From an uncultured Acidobacteriota bacterium (GTDB taxonomy: Bacteria; Acidobacteriota; Vicinamibacteria; Vicinamibacterales; SCN-69-37): a stretch of 64,000 nucleotides of DNA. The translations under genes and the position numbers were made by a program. The first letter of the stretch is position 1; every line of letters starts with the position of its first letter. Location of the stretch: positions 210,202-274,201 of the forward strand of contig CAWFLT010000003.1 in assembly GCA_963816795.1 (NCBI GenBank), in the 5' to 3' direction. The notes below the pieces were generated by a model that worked only from the letters and a program-made list of their open reading frames with translations, did not search any database and was not told the DNA's origin. Below, piece by piece: positions 19,214 to 30,866 of the stretch.

Positions 19214-20902
19214 CTACGCTCGGACCGTAAACCGGGCAGGCACCCGCTCCGCCCGACGCTCGTCGAGCGGCGCGTCGGCGGCCGGCTCGGGCGTCATCTC
19301 GATGGCGTGGCAGGGGCACTGTTCGAAGCACACGGCACAGCCGGTGCAGAGATCGAGCTCGACCCGGTAGAACCGGCCCTTCCCGAGCTTGACGATCGCC
19401 TGCTCGGGACAGGCCGCATAGCAGTTGTCGCACTCGAAGCAATTGCCGCAGGAGAGGCAGCGCGTGGCTTCGTACCGCGCCTCGGGCTCCGAGAGGCCGC
19501 TCACGATCTCTTCGAAGCCGGTGCGCTTCGCGATCGGCAGCTCCGGATGCTCGCGCCGGCCGGCATCGAGAAACACGGTCAGATTCAGCTGCTCGTACGG
19601 GATCGGCGGATGCTGCGGTGGCTTCTGGTAGACGCCGCCGCGCAGCCACGCATCGATGTGGCGCGCCGCCTTCTTGCCGTGCCCGACGGCCTCCGTCATC
19701 GTCCGCGAACCGCCGATCATGTCGCCGCCCGCGAAAATCCCGTCGGCGGCCTGCATCCGTTGGTCCACTTCGACGAGCTTGCCGGGTCCGATGCGGAGGT
19801 CGGGCACCTTCTTCAGGAACTCGAGGTCGGCGTGCTGTCCGACCGCCAGCACCAGCGAATCGGTCTTGAGCGTCTGGAACTGCCCGGTGCCGACGCAGCC
19901 CGACCCGTCGGGCAGCATCTCCATCTGCTCGACGACGATTTCGTCTTCGCCGAACTGCTTGACCGTGGACAGCCACTTGATCTTGACGCCCTCGGCGAAG
20001 GCTTCCATCGCTTCGTACGGATGGGCTTCCATCTGCGCCTTGTCGAAGCGGAAGATGATCACCGCCTCTTCCGCGCCGAGCCGCTTCGCCACGCGCGCGG
20101 CGTCCATCGCGGTATTGCCGCCGCCCACGATGCCGACGACGCGCCCGAGGGCCGGGGCGCGCCCCTGCTCCACCCGTTCCAACAGCGTCACGGCATCGAT
20201 GATCTTGCCGCCGTCCATCGCCGGGATATCCAGGTGGTTGGCCACCTGGGCGCCAATCGCCAGGAACACGGCGTCGAACGAGCCCGCGGCCTTCTCGGCC
20301 AGCACGTCGTTCACGCGCGAATTCCGGACGATCTTGACGCCCATCGCCTCGATGCGCGCGATTTCCGTGTCGAGTCCCTCACGCGGCAGGCGGTACGCCG
20401 GAATCCCGTAGTGCATCATGCCGCCCGGCTCGGGGTTCGCATCGCGGATCTCGACGTCGTGTCCGAAGCGTCGCAACTGGTACGCGCACGACAGTCCGGC
20501 CGGTCCGGCGCCGACCACGAGCACTCGCTTGCCGGTGGGCGGGCCGGCCGCGACCGTCCAGCCTTTCTCGTTGGCGAGATCACCGAGAAACCGGTCGAGC
20601 GAATGGATGGAGACCGGCTGATCGAGGAACTTCCGGTTGCAGGCGCTTTCGCACGGGTGATAACACGCGCGGCCATGCGTGCCTGGCAGCGGGTTCTCCT
20701 CCATGTACTTCTGCCAGGCGCGCTCGTAGTCACCGGCCTGCGCCAGGTCCAGCCACGCCTGGATGTTTTCCCCGGCGGGGCACGCGTGATTGCAGGGCGG
20801 GAGATGATCGACGAAGGCGGCGCGCTGCCATCGGCGCGCACCAGCGCCCTGGCCAATCGTGGCCTTGTACGTCGGCGTCAGATCCTTCGGAGTGAGGCTC
20901 AC
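19214..20902 (-). CDS. GltD-like (glutamate synthase small-subunit family) NAD(P)H flavoprotein with C-terminal 2x[4Fe-4S] ferredoxin domain
   Basis: N-terminal Cys cluster (PPCNHACPAGENI...CYHPCESACNR). Dinucleotide folds (VLVVGAGPAGLSCAY, VGIVGGGNTAMDAAR). C-terminal CLSCGNCFECDNCYAACP and CTGCAVCFEQCPCHAI. Confidence 0.9.
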   Translation of the reverse strand: MSLTPKDLTPTYKATIGQGAGARRWQRAAFVDHLPPCNHACPAGENIQAWLDLAQAGDYERAWQKYMEENPLPGTHGRACYHPCESACNRKFLDQPVSIHSLDRFLGDLANEKGWTVAAGPPTGKRVLVVGAGPAGLSCAYQLRRFGHDVEIRDANPEPGGMMHYGIPAYRLPREGLDTEIARIEAMGVKIVRNSRVNDVLAEKAAGSFDAVFLAIGAQVANHLDIPAMDGGKIIDAVTLLERVEQGRAPALGRVVGIVGGGNTAMDAARVAKRLGAEEAVIIFRFDKAQMEAHPYEAMEAFAEGVKIKWLSTVKQFGEDEIVVEQMEMLPDGSGCVGTGQFQTLKTDSLVLAVGQHADLEFLKKVPDLRIGPGKLVEVDQRMQAADGIFAGGDMIGGSRTMTEAVGHGKKAARHIDAWLRGGVYQKPPQHPPIPYEQLNLTVFLDAGRREHPELPIAKRTGFEEIVSGLSEPEARYEATRCLSCGNCFECDNCYAACPEQAIVKLGKGRFYRVELDLCTGCAVCFEQCPCHAIEMTPEPAADAPLDERRAERVPARFTVRA

Positions 20903-21027
20903 GGCTCGCCCTCAGCGCTGGCTCGTCATCGCGCTCATCCTGACAGTGGGTAGAGTTATCCTACGAAACGCACAGCCGGTACGTCTATCGCCCTTTGGTG
21001 CAAGAGACCACACGCGTGCTCCGCTCC

Positions 21028-21041
21028 TGCACCAAGGTGCA
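21028..21041. promoter_or_regulatory. palindromic operator candidate TGCACC-AA-GGTGCA
   Basis: Perfect 6+6 inverted repeat in the divergent gltD-like/pta-like intergenic region. A further GGTGCAA half-site sits at 20997-21003, and a near-identical site at 32546-32561. Confidence 0.4.
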
Positions 21042-21049
21042 ATAGACGC

Positions 21050-21066
21050 CTCGTCCATTGGACGAG
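21050..21066. promoter_or_regulatory. 17-bp perfect palindrome CTCGTCCA-T-TGGACGAG
   Basis: 8-bp arms read directly from the sequence, 45 nt upstream of the ATG at 21111. Confidence 0.35.
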
Positions 21067-21110
21067 CCCACAGTTCAGCTGACGGAGCGGCGGCGACACG
21101 CCGGAGGCCC

Positions 21111-22045
21111 ATGAATCAACAGACCGGAACCGGCAAGTACGAACAGGTGCTGGAGCGGTGCAGCCGCGCTCGAGCCCGTGGTCACGGCGGTGGCGCACCC
21201 CTGCGAGGCCTCCGCGCTGGCCGGGGCGGTCGACGCCGGCGACGAAGGGGTTGATCACGCCGATTCTGGTCGGCCCCGTCGACAAGATCAAGGAGGTCGC
21301 TGAGAAAAGCGGCATCGATCTCGGCCAGATCCGCATCGTGGATGCGCCTCACAGCCACGCGTCGGCGGCGAAGGCCGTGGAGCTGGTTCGTAAGGGCGAG
21401 GCCGAGCTGTTGATGAAAGGCAGCCTGCACACGGACGAGCTGCTCAGTGCGGTCGTGGCGAAGGAGACGGGCCTGCGCACGGGCCGTCGCATCAGCCACG
21501 TGTTCATCATGGATGTGCCGACCTATCACAAGGTCCTGCTCATCACCGACGCCGCGATTACGATCGCACCGACGCTCGAGGACAAAGTCCACATCTGCCA
21601 GAACGCCATCGACCTCGCGGTGTCGCTCGGCGTCGAGCGGCCGAAGGTCGCGATCCTGGCCGCTGTCGAAACCGTCACGTCCAAGATGCCGTCCACCATC
21701 GACGCGGCGGCGCTGTGCAAGATGGCCGACCGCCGGCAGATCACCGGCGGTATCCTGGATGGCCCGCTGGCCTTCGACAATGCGATCAGCAAGGAGGCTG
21801 CGGCCATCAAGGGCATCCGATCGGAGGTCGCGGGCGACCCCGACATCCTGCTCGCCCCCGATCTCGAAGCGGGCAACATGCTCGCCAAGCAGCTCAGCTT
21901 CCTGGCCAACGCCGACAGTGCCGGTCTCGTGCTCGGCGCCCGGGTGCCGATCATCCTGACGAGCCGCGCCGACAGCGTCCGCTCGCGGATCGCGAGCTCG
22001 GCCGTCGCGGTGCTCGCCGCACATGCGCGGCGGAAGCAGCTTTAG
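21111..22045 (+). CDS. phosphate acetyl/butyryl-transferase family (PTA_PTB) enzyme; 2 frame disruptions (~21165, ~21243)
   Basis: GGAGG then ATG 21111 (MNQQTGTGKYEQVLERC). The middle frame reads EPVVTAVAHPCEASALAGAVDAGDEG, then LITPILVGPVDKIKEVAEK...GSLHTDELL...PDLEAGNMLAKQ. The second shift is an extra G in a GGGG run. Confidence 0.85.
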
Positions 22046-22859
22046 ACGCGCGGACCAGCAGCCGGCTACCGACCGCCGCACGGGCGGAGTAACGCTCCGG
22101 CACGAATTTCCTTCGAGCGATCGAAGCCTCGTCGTTGTACTTGTGTTTCGACGACCGTTTCGCGAGCTTCACCTTCGTCGGCGGCAGCTTCTTGTAGGGA
22201 ATCAGCGACAGCAGATGGGCGATCACGTTCAGGCGTGCGCTTCGCTTGTCGTCCGACCGCACGATGTTCCAGGGCGCGCGGCGCGTGTCGGTGGCTTTCA
22301 GCATCATGTCGCGTGCGCGCGAGTACTCGTACCACTTCGACCGCGATGGCAGATCCATCGGGCTCAGTTTCCACTGCCGCACCGGGTCGTCGATCCGCGC
22401 TTCGAAGCGCCGCTTCTGCTCGTCGTTGCCCACCTCGAGCCAGAACTTGATCAGGATGATCCCGCCGTCGACCATGTACCGTTCGATTTCCGGGCAGAGC
22501 TGCAGGAATCGCTTGTGCTCCTGTGGTGTGCAGAAGCCCATCACGTACTCGACGCCGGCGCGGTTGTACCAACTCCGATCGAAGATGACGACTTCGCCTG
22601 CCGCGGGAAAGTGCTGCATGTACCGCTGCATGTAAACCTGGGTCTTCTCCCGTTCGGTCGGCGCCGGCAGCGCCACCACCCTGAAGATCCGCGGGCTCAG
22701 CCGCTCGGTGAGCGCGCGAATCGTCCCGCCCTTGCCGGCCCCGTCGCGCCCCTCGAACACCACGACGACCCGGAGGCCTTTTTCGGTGACCCACCGCTGG
22801 AGATGGCAGAGGCGTACCTGGAGCGCGCTCAGCAACTTCTCGTACTTGGCTCGTTTCAT
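21951..22859 (-). CDS. ppk2: polyphosphate kinase 2
   Basis: MKRAKYEKLLSALQVRLCHLQRWV...VVVFEGRDGAGKGGTIRAL (Walker A)...IFDRSWYNRAGVE...FWLEVGNDEQKRRF. The basic 50-aa tail overlaps the pta-like 3' end, so the true stop is uncertain. Confidence 0.88.
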   Translation of the reverse strand: MKRAKYEKLLSALQVRLCHLQRWVTEKGLRVVVVFEGRDGAGKGGTIRALTERLSPRIFRVVALPAPTEREKTQVYMQRYMQHFPAAGEVVIFDRSWYNRAGVEYVMGFCTPQEHKRFLQLCPEIERYMVDGGIILIKFWLEVGNDEQKRRFEARIDDPVRQWKLSPMDLPSRSKWYEYSRARDMMLKATDTRRAPWNIVRSDDKRSARLNVIAHLLSLIPYKKLPPTKVKLAKRSSKHKYNDEASIARRKFVPERYSARAAVGSRLLVRASKAASAAHVRRAPRRPSSRSASGRCRRGSSG

Positions 22860-22994
22860 CGGTCGCCCATCCTCTTCCTCACTGCGCGTGGGGCCCCACT
22901 TCATTATGCGCTCGCGCTCGACCGCTTCGCGGCCGCTCGGCTCGCGGCGCTTGCTTGTCCTGAGCTTGTCGAGGGCTCGCTCGGCCGCGGGCGC

Positions 22995-23321
22995 TCAGTT
23001 CAACACGTCTTGACGGACCTCTGCCACGTAATCGAGACCACGCGTGGCCGTCACGAAGTCGAACTGCACGCGCGGGGGCTCGTGCGCCGATTCCAGGATC
23101 GCCAGCAGCGACGTGAACCGGTTCGAGCGGACATGACGGACGGTGTCCGCGTCGGTCGCCCATTCTTCCACGTAGTGCACCGTCCCGTCCGGATCGGTCC
23201 ACGCCCAGCAGCCCAGGCACCCCGGTTCCAGACGGGTGCCGACGATGAGGAACCGGAAACCCTCGAGGAGGTCCTGAGTGGAGCGCGCGGACGCCCGGAT
23301 CGCGACGTTGAGCCGCACCAT
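22995..23321 (-). CDS. antibiotic-biosynthesis-monooxygenase (ABM/dimeric alpha-beta barrel) family protein
   Basis: 108 aa. RLEPGCLGCWAWTDPDGTVHYVEEWATDADTVRHVRSNRFTSLL fits the ABM-domain pattern. Confidence 0.65.
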   Translation of the reverse strand: MVRLNVAIRASARSTQDLLEGFRFLIVGTRLEPGCLGCWAWTDPDGTVHYVEEWATDADTVRHVRSNRFTSLLAILESAHEPPRVQFDFVTATRGLDYVAEVRQDVLN

Positions 23322-23559
23322 GCCACATCAGATAGCACTTGGCGTTCCACCCCGTTCCGGCGCGGCAGAGGCCGAACGCTCTGAGGTCGGACGCGACCGC
23401 CACGGATTCGAACTCCGGCATCGCGGAGCCCGCCCGGAATACCGGAGATGCGTCGCTGCCCGGTCTTCGTCAATCCGAGCCAATTGGCTCATCCGTGCGG
23501 CAGGCGTCACCGTGCGGCGCGTGGCACGTGTCGTGCTGTTCACGACGCCATCGGACGTC

Positions 23560-24552
23560 ATGGTCAAGCCATCACGATGGAGGGTCGGGCACCTCGTCGG
23601 CGCGTTCATCGGCCTTGCCGCCGGGGCCTCGATCGTCGTCAGCGCGGCGGCTTCCGCGACGGCGGTCGCCACACCGCGCGGCCCGGCGGCGGCCGCCACG
23701 CCCGGGCTCCAGGCCGGACACGGTGCGGGCACGCCGGCGCCAGCCGAGCATGGCCTGTCGCAGAAGGCCGTGGAGATCGGACACGTCTTCGGCTTCCCCA
23801 TCACGAACTCCATGGTCGTCACGTGGATGGTCGCCCTGGGCCTGATCGTTTTTGCTCAGGCCGCCACCCGAAAGATGACGCAGGTGCCGGGCGGCACGCA
23901 GAACCTGTTCGAATGGCTCGTGGAGGGTTTGTACGCGTTGCTCGAAGGCATTCTCGGCCGGCACCTGGTCGCACGGACCTTCTGGTTCTTTGCCACGCTG
24001 TTCATCTTCATCCTCGCGGCCAACTGGATCGGTCTGGTGCCCGGGGTCGGCACGATCGGCTGGGGGCATCGGACCGCCGAGGGGTTCACCGTCGATCAGC
24101 CGTTTTTCCGCGGGGCCAACGCCGACCTCAACATGACGCTGGCGATGGCGCTGGTGTTCTTCGCCTTATGGATCTTCTGGGCGCTCCGCGAAACCGGACC
24201 GGCCGGCGTGGCCAAGGAGCTCTTCGCCCCGAAGGGAGAGACGACCGGTTTCTTGAAGGTGATCCTGATCGTGGTGTTCTTCGCCGCCGGGTGCCTCGAG
24301 GTCGTGTCGATCCTGTTCCGTCCGGTGTCGCTCAGCTTTCGGCTCTACGGCAACATCTTCGCGGGCGAGAGCATGCTGGAAACGATGGCGACGCTCGTGC
24401 CAGGGTTGGGCTGGCTATTGCCAATCCCCTTCTATTTCATGGAGCTGCTCGTCGGTCTGGTGCAGGCCATGGTCTTCATGCTGTTGACCGCGGTCTTCAC
24501 GCTCCTGATTTGTCACCACGACGAAGCGGGACACGCGCCGGCGCACGGATGA
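23560..24552 (+). CDS. atpB: F0F1 ATP synthase subunit a
   Basis: FGFPITNSMVVTWMV...LFIFILAANWIGLVPG...LSFRLYGNIFAGE (conserved Arg)...ELLVGLVQAMVFMLLT. About 70 aa of N-terminal extension precede the conserved core. Confidence 0.9.
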   Translation: MVKPSRWRVGHLVGAFIGLAAGASIVVSAAASATAVATPRGPAAAATPGLQAGHGAGTPAPAEHGLSQKAVEIGHVFGFPITNSMVVTWMVALGLIVFAQAATRKMTQVPGGTQNLFEWLVEGLYALLEGILGRHLVARTFWFFATLFIFILAANWIGLVPGVGTIGWGHRTAEGFTVDQPFFRGANADLNMTLAMALVFFALWIFWALRETGPAGVAKELFAPKGETTGFLKVILIVVFFAAGCLEVVSILFRPVSLSFRLYGNIFAGESMLETMATLVPGLGWLLPIPFYFMELLVGLVQAMVFMLLTAVFTLLICHHDEAGHAPAHG

Positions 24553-24580
24553 CGTACGACGTGAGAAAGGACACAGGCAG

Positions 24581-24769
24581 ATGACAGGCAGTTTGCATAT
24601 CGCCCTGGCCGCCCTCGGCGCCGCCATTGGCGTGGGATTGATTGGCATGAGCGCGACGACCGCGGTGGGACGCAATCCGGGAGCCTCGACGAAGATCCTG
24701 GTCCAGTCGATCCTGGCCATCGCCTTCGCCGAAGCGATCGTGTTCTACGCGCTGTTCCTCGCCGGCTAG
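24581..24769 (+). CDS. atpE: F0F1 ATP synthase subunit c
   Basis: 62-aa hairpin protein with GRNPGA loop and carboxylate in AIAFAEAIVFYALF. Confidence 0.9.
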   Translation: MTGSLHIALAALGAAIGVGLIGMSATTAVGRNPGASTKILVQSILAIAFAEAIVFYALFLAG

Positions 24770-24827
24770 CACGCGCCGCGGAGCGCCGTGCGATACGCGG
24801 CACCGCGACGGTTGAAACGAGATCATC

Positions 24828-25370
24828 ATGCACGCTCTAGCCGTTCAGGTAGCGGCCGAGAGTGGCGGCCGGATCGGAGAGGTCGCCCGGACCTTCGGCG
24901 TCGACTGGCCCCACCTCGTGGCGCAGATCATCAGCTTCACCATCACGTGTGTGGTGCTGTACCTGCTCGCGTACAAGCCGATCCTTCGCATCCTCGAGGC
25001 GCGGCGGCAACAGATCGCCGGCGGTCTGGCGAACGCGGAGAAGATCGCCGCCGAGCTGGCCCGCATCGAGGCCGAGCGGCTGGACGTGCTGGCGAAGGCC
25101 GACGTCGAGGGCAAACAGCTGATCGAGGAGGCCCGCGCCGCGGCGGTCCGCCTCCAGGCCGAGGAAACGCGGAAGGCGACCGCCGACGCCGACGAGATCC
25201 GGGCCCGCGCGCGCGAAGCCACCGAACGGGAACGCGTCGGGATGCTCGCCGATCTCAGACGCGAGGTCGGGCGGCTCGTCGTGCAGACGACCGCGACGGT
25301 CACCGGCAAGATCCTGACCGCCGACGATCACCGGCGACTCGCGGAAGAAACGACGAGACAGCTGTCATGA
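24828..25370 (+). CDS. atpF: F0F1 ATP synthase subunit b
   Basis: One TM helix (LVAQIISFTITCVVLYLLAY) then a long Ala/Glu/Arg coiled coil. Operon position fits. Confidence 0.85.
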   Translation: MHALAVQVAAESGGRIGEVARTFGVDWPHLVAQIISFTITCVVLYLLAYKPILRILEARRQQIAGGLANAEKIAAELARIEAERLDVLAKADVEGKQLIEEARAAAVRLQAEETRKATADADEIRARAREATERERVGMLADLRREVGRLVVQTTATVTGKILTADDHRRLAEETTRQLS

Positions 25371-25825
25371 GACACAGCAAGCGGATCGGCAAGAGCGCGC
25401 GGCAATTGTTCCGCCTGTGTCTCGCCGACGGCCGCCTGGACACCCAGCGGGCCCAGCGGGTCGCGCAGCATCTCGTCTCCTCCGGCCGCCGCCGCGGGCT
25501 GAGCGTCCTCAGCGCCTTCGAACGTCTGGTGAGGCTGTACCGCGACCGGCATGCGGCGGTCGTCGAGAGCGCAGTGCCGCTGAGCGAAGACGCGCGGGTC
25601 GAAGTCCTGGCCAGCCTCGCGCGCATCTACGGGCCCGGGCTCGAGGCATCGTTCGAAGACAATCCGGCGCTCATCGGCGGGATGCGGATCAAAGTCGGCA
25701 GCGACGTGTACGACGGCAGCGTGCAGGCCAAACTGGCCCGCCTTCGCCAAGGCTTCGGCGAGGCAGGCGCGCTGGCGCTGGAGGCGGCGGCACGGCGTGA
25801 GGATGAGAACCACTGTCATGGCTGA
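25367..25825 (+). CDS. atpH: F0F1 ATP synthase subunit delta (short form)
   Basis: ATGA overlap with atpF. C-terminal OSCP-like ...[25 protein letters not shown]. Lies between b and alpha. Confidence 0.75.
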   Translation: MRHSKRIGKSARQLFRLCLADGRLDTQRAQRVAQHLVSSGRRRGLSVLSAFERLVRLYRDRHAAVVESAVPLSEDARVEVLASLARIYGPGLEASFEDNPALIGGMRIKVGSDVYDGSVQAKLARLRQGFGEAGALALEAAARREDENHCHG

Positions 25826-27360
25826 CTTGGTACGGGAAATCGAAGCGCAGATTGCGGGCGCCAGAGCGGCGGCGGCAAAGCAGACCGTCGGGATCATCCG
25901 CGAGATTGGCGACGGCGTCGCCAAGGTCGAGGGGCTGGCCGATGTGATGCTGAACGAGATGCTCGACTTCGGCCGCGGCATCACGGGCCTCGCGCTCAAC
26001 CTCGAAGAGACCGAAGTCGGCGTCATCATCCTCGGCGACTACACGCAGCTCCAGGAGGGTGACGAGGTCAAAGCGACCGGAAAGCTGCTGCAGGTGCCGG
26101 TCGGCAAGGGCTTGCTCGGCCGCGTGGTCAACACACTCGGTGAACCGATTGACGGGAAGGGCCCGATTGCCAGCACCGAGGCCTATCCCGTCGAAAAACT
26201 CGCGCCGGGCATCATGCGGCGCCGTCCAGTCGGCCAGCCGGTGCAGACCGGCATCATGGCGATCGACGCGATGATCCCGATCGGGCGCGGCCAGCGCGAG
26301 CTGATCATCGGGGACCGTTCCACGGGCAAGACGACGATCTGTATCGACACGATGATCAGTCAGGCGCAGCTCAACAAGGCGGCGGAGGCCGCCGGCGATA
26401 CCACGCATCGCCCGCTCTATTCCATTTACGTCGCGATCGGCCAGAAGCAATCGACCGTCGCCCGGATCGTCTCGGCGCTCGAAGAGGCCGGCGCATTGCC
26501 GTACTCCATCATCGTCGCCGCGCCCGCCTCGGATCCCGCCGCGAGCCAGTATCTGGCGCCGTTTGCCGGGGCGGCGATGGGCGAATGGTTCATGGACCAT
26601 GGCATGGACGCGTTGATCGTGTACGACGACCTCTCCAAGCACGCGGTCGCGTATCGCCAGGTCTCGCTCGTACTCAAGCGGCCGTCAGGTCGCGAGGCCT
26701 ATCCGGGGGATGTGTTCTACCTGCACAGCCGGCTGCTCGAGCGCGCGGCGCGCGTCGGCGAACAGTACGGCGACGGTTCGCTCACCGCCCTGCCGATCAT
26801 CGAGACCCAGGCGGGAGACGTGTCCGCGTACATTCCCACGAACGTCATTTCGATCACGGACGGGCAGATCTTTCTCGAGACCGATCTGTTCTACCAGGGG
26901 ATTCGCCCGGCCATCTCGGTCGGGATCTCGGTGTCGCGCGTCGGGTCGGCCGCGCAGATCAAGGCCATGAAGCAGGTGGCCGGGCAGCTCAAGGGCGATC
27001 TCGCGCAGTTTCGCGAGCTGGCGGCCTTCGCGCAGTTCGGGTCCGATCTGGATGCCGGCGACGCAGGCGAAGATCGATCGCGGCAAGCGGATCGTCGAGA
27101 TCTTCAAGCAGCCGCAGTACCGCCCGATTCCCGTGGAGGTCCAGGTGGCGGTGATCTGGGCCGTGCAGAACGGGTACATGGACGACGTCCCGGTGGAACG
27201 AATCAAGGAGTTCCAGGCCGGGTGGACAGACTTCCTGACCACGCGCAAGGCCGAGCTGCTCGGCACGGTCGCGACAGAACGCACGTTGAGCACGGAGCTG
27301 ACGGCGACGCTCAAGGCGTCGGCCGATCAGTTCAAGCAGACCTGGAAAGCGTCGAAATGA
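25818..27360 (+). CDS. atpA: F0F1 ATP synthase subunit alpha; 1 frame disruption (~27057)
   Basis: GDRSTGKTT (Walker A), [30 protein letters not shown]. After SDLDA the frame moves +1 to [21 protein letters not shown]...KASK*. The shift is an extra G in GCCGGCG. The 807-aa ORF fusing alpha to gamma is an artefact of this shift. Confidence 0.93.
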
Positions 27361-28220
27361 GCAGTCCTCGCGACCTGCGCCGGCGCATCAAGTCGATCCG
27401 CGGGACGGCGCAGATTACGCGCGCGATGCAGATGGTGGCGGCGTCGAAGATGCGCAAGGCTCAGCAGGCCGCCATTGCCGCCGGGCCGTTCGCGCGCAAT
27501 TTGTATCGCATCCAGCGGAGCGCCACGCTCCGGGCGCCCGACCTCACGCACCCGCTGCTCACCGTGCGCCCGGTCCGCCGGCGCGCGGTCATTCTGATCG
27601 CGGCCGACAAAGGCCTGTGCGGCGCGCTCAACACCAATGTGTTTCGCCTCGCGAGCGAGTTCGATCCGAAATCGACGACCTTCGTGACCGCCGGCCGCAA
27701 GGCCGCGCAGTTCGTCGCGCGCACGCGGCGGCAGCTGGCGGCGGAGTTCGCCTACGGAGATACCCCGGGGTTTGGCGAGGCCCGGGCCATCGCGGCGTTC
27801 GCCCGGGATCTGTTCCTCAAGGAAGAAGTCGACCAGGTCCAGGTCGTGGCGACACGTTTCATCAACACGCTCACGCAGACCCCGGTGTTGATCGAGTACC
27901 TGCCGGTCGGCGCCATCACCTCGCTGAAGATGCCAGGGGTGGAAGGCGGCGAGGTCCCAGGCGACACCGAAGAGACGCTCTTCGAGCCCGGCGCCAGGGC
28001 GCTCATGGGCTATCTGCTCGGCCACTATCTCAACATCCTGATCTACTACGTGCTGCTCAATGCCAAGGCGAGCGAGCAGAGCGCGCGCATGGTGTCCATG
28101 AAGAACGCCACCGACAGTGCCGAGAGCCTGATCGCGGACCTCTCGCTCGAATACAACAAGCTCCGGCAGGACAACATCACGAAGGAACTGCTCGAGATCG
28201 CCGGCGGCCAGGCAGGGTGA
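27357..28220 (+). CDS. atpG: F0F1 ATP synthase subunit gamma
   Basis: ATGA overlap with atp[37 protein letters not shown]...[14 protein letters not shown]. Confidence 0.9.
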   Translation: MSSPRDLRRRIKSIRGTAQITRAMQMVAASKMRKAQQAAIAAGPFARNLYRIQRSATLRAPDLTHPLLTVRPVRRRAVILIAADKGLCGALNTNVFRLASEFDPKSTTFVTAGRKAAQFVARTRRQLAAEFAYGDTPGFGEARAIAAFARDLFLKEEVDQVQVVATRFINTLTQTPVLIEYLPVGAITSLKMPGVEGGEVPGDTEETLFEPGARALMGYLLGHYLNILIYYVLLNAKASEQSARMVSMKNATDSAESLIADLSLEYNKLRQDNITKELLEIAGGQAG

Positions 28221-30225
<2,005 letters not shown>

Positions 30226-30243
<18 letters not shown>

Positions 30244-30418
30244 TCTGCAATGGCAGAGACATCGGCAATGGATAATCTCGATTGATAATCGGCAATCGCA
30301 AATCTTCCGATGGAAAATCGGCAATGGGCAATGGGCATCTGACAGATTGCCGATTGCCAATCGGGATTGTCGATTGCCGATGTTTCCATCGCAGATTACC
30401 ATTGCCGATTGTCGATTG
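30226..30418. repeat. AT-rich long imperfect palindrome built from GRCAAT / ATTGYC motifs
   Basis: The left arm carries 6 GGCAAT/GACAAT copies and the right arm 6 ATTGCC/ATTGTC copies. The arm ends are exact complements (CAATCGACAATC at 30227-30238 vs GATTGTCGATTG at 30407-30418). It sits between the convergent atpC and the STAS-like gene. Confidence 0.8.
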
Positions 30419-30433
30419 AGCCGAGCCCGCGCT

Positions 30434-30793
30434 CTACATCGCCAGCCAGGCGCGTGCGGCGGCCGCAGCGTTCTCGGTGAAGAACTCGACCGGAGCCTTC
30501 CGCAGGTCCGCAATCGCAAACATCATCGTCTCGCTCCGCCATCGTTCAGGTCCGACGATCGCGATGCGCTCGATGGACTCGCCGTGCGCAATGTAGAACG
30601 ACAAGTCGCTCCAATTGTCCTGCGCGTCCCATCCGGTGAATCCGTCCAGAAGGATGAGTAGCCGGACGGGTCCGAATTGGCTGATCTGCCCGGCCATCGA
30701 CTTGACGCACTGATCGAACTCGGCTTTCCGCAGGATGCCGCGAATCTCCAGACGGTAATGATTCGCGGTTTCATGATGAATGGCGATCGGCAT
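30434..30793 (-). CDS. STAS/SpoIIAA-like (DUF3478-type) protein
   Basis: 119 aa. GPVRLLILLDGFTGWDAQDNWSDLSFYIAHGESIERIAIVGPERW...EFFTENAAAAARAWL fits the DUF3478 pattern. Confidence 0.7.
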   Translation of the reverse strand: MPIAIHHETANHYRLEIRGILRKAEFDQCVKSMAGQISQFGPVRLLILLDGFTGWDAQDNWSDLSFYIAHGESIERIAIVGPERWRSETMMFAIADLRKAPVEFFTENAAAAARAWLAM

Positions 30794-30866
30794 GATGTTC
30801 GGCTCAGGCCCCGTCGCTGCGCCGACGGCTGTCAGCGCGCGCTCCCATTCAGTGCGCTCGCGGGCG

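Noticed and set aside
21951-22045. 95-nt convergent overlap of the ppk2 and PTA_PTB 3' ends as an antisense regulatory feature
   Set aside because: The ppk2 tail after ...FVPERY is Arg/Ser/Ala-rich with no PPK2-like sequence. Another frame has a stop at ~22073. Given the local indel rate, a missed stop is more likely.
23522-23537. Good sigma-54 -24/-12 match TGGCACG-N4-GTGCT upstream of atpB
   Set aside because: It sits only ~23 nt before the ATG, leaving almost no leader or RBS. ATP synthase is not an expected sigma-54 target. A single GC-rich match is likely chance.
25797-28220. 807-aa ORF suggesting an alpha-gamma fusion protein
   Set aside because: The true atpA C-terminus ([11 protein letters not shown]...KASK*) is in the +1 frame after a single extra G at ~27057. 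The wrong frame merely stays open into atpG.
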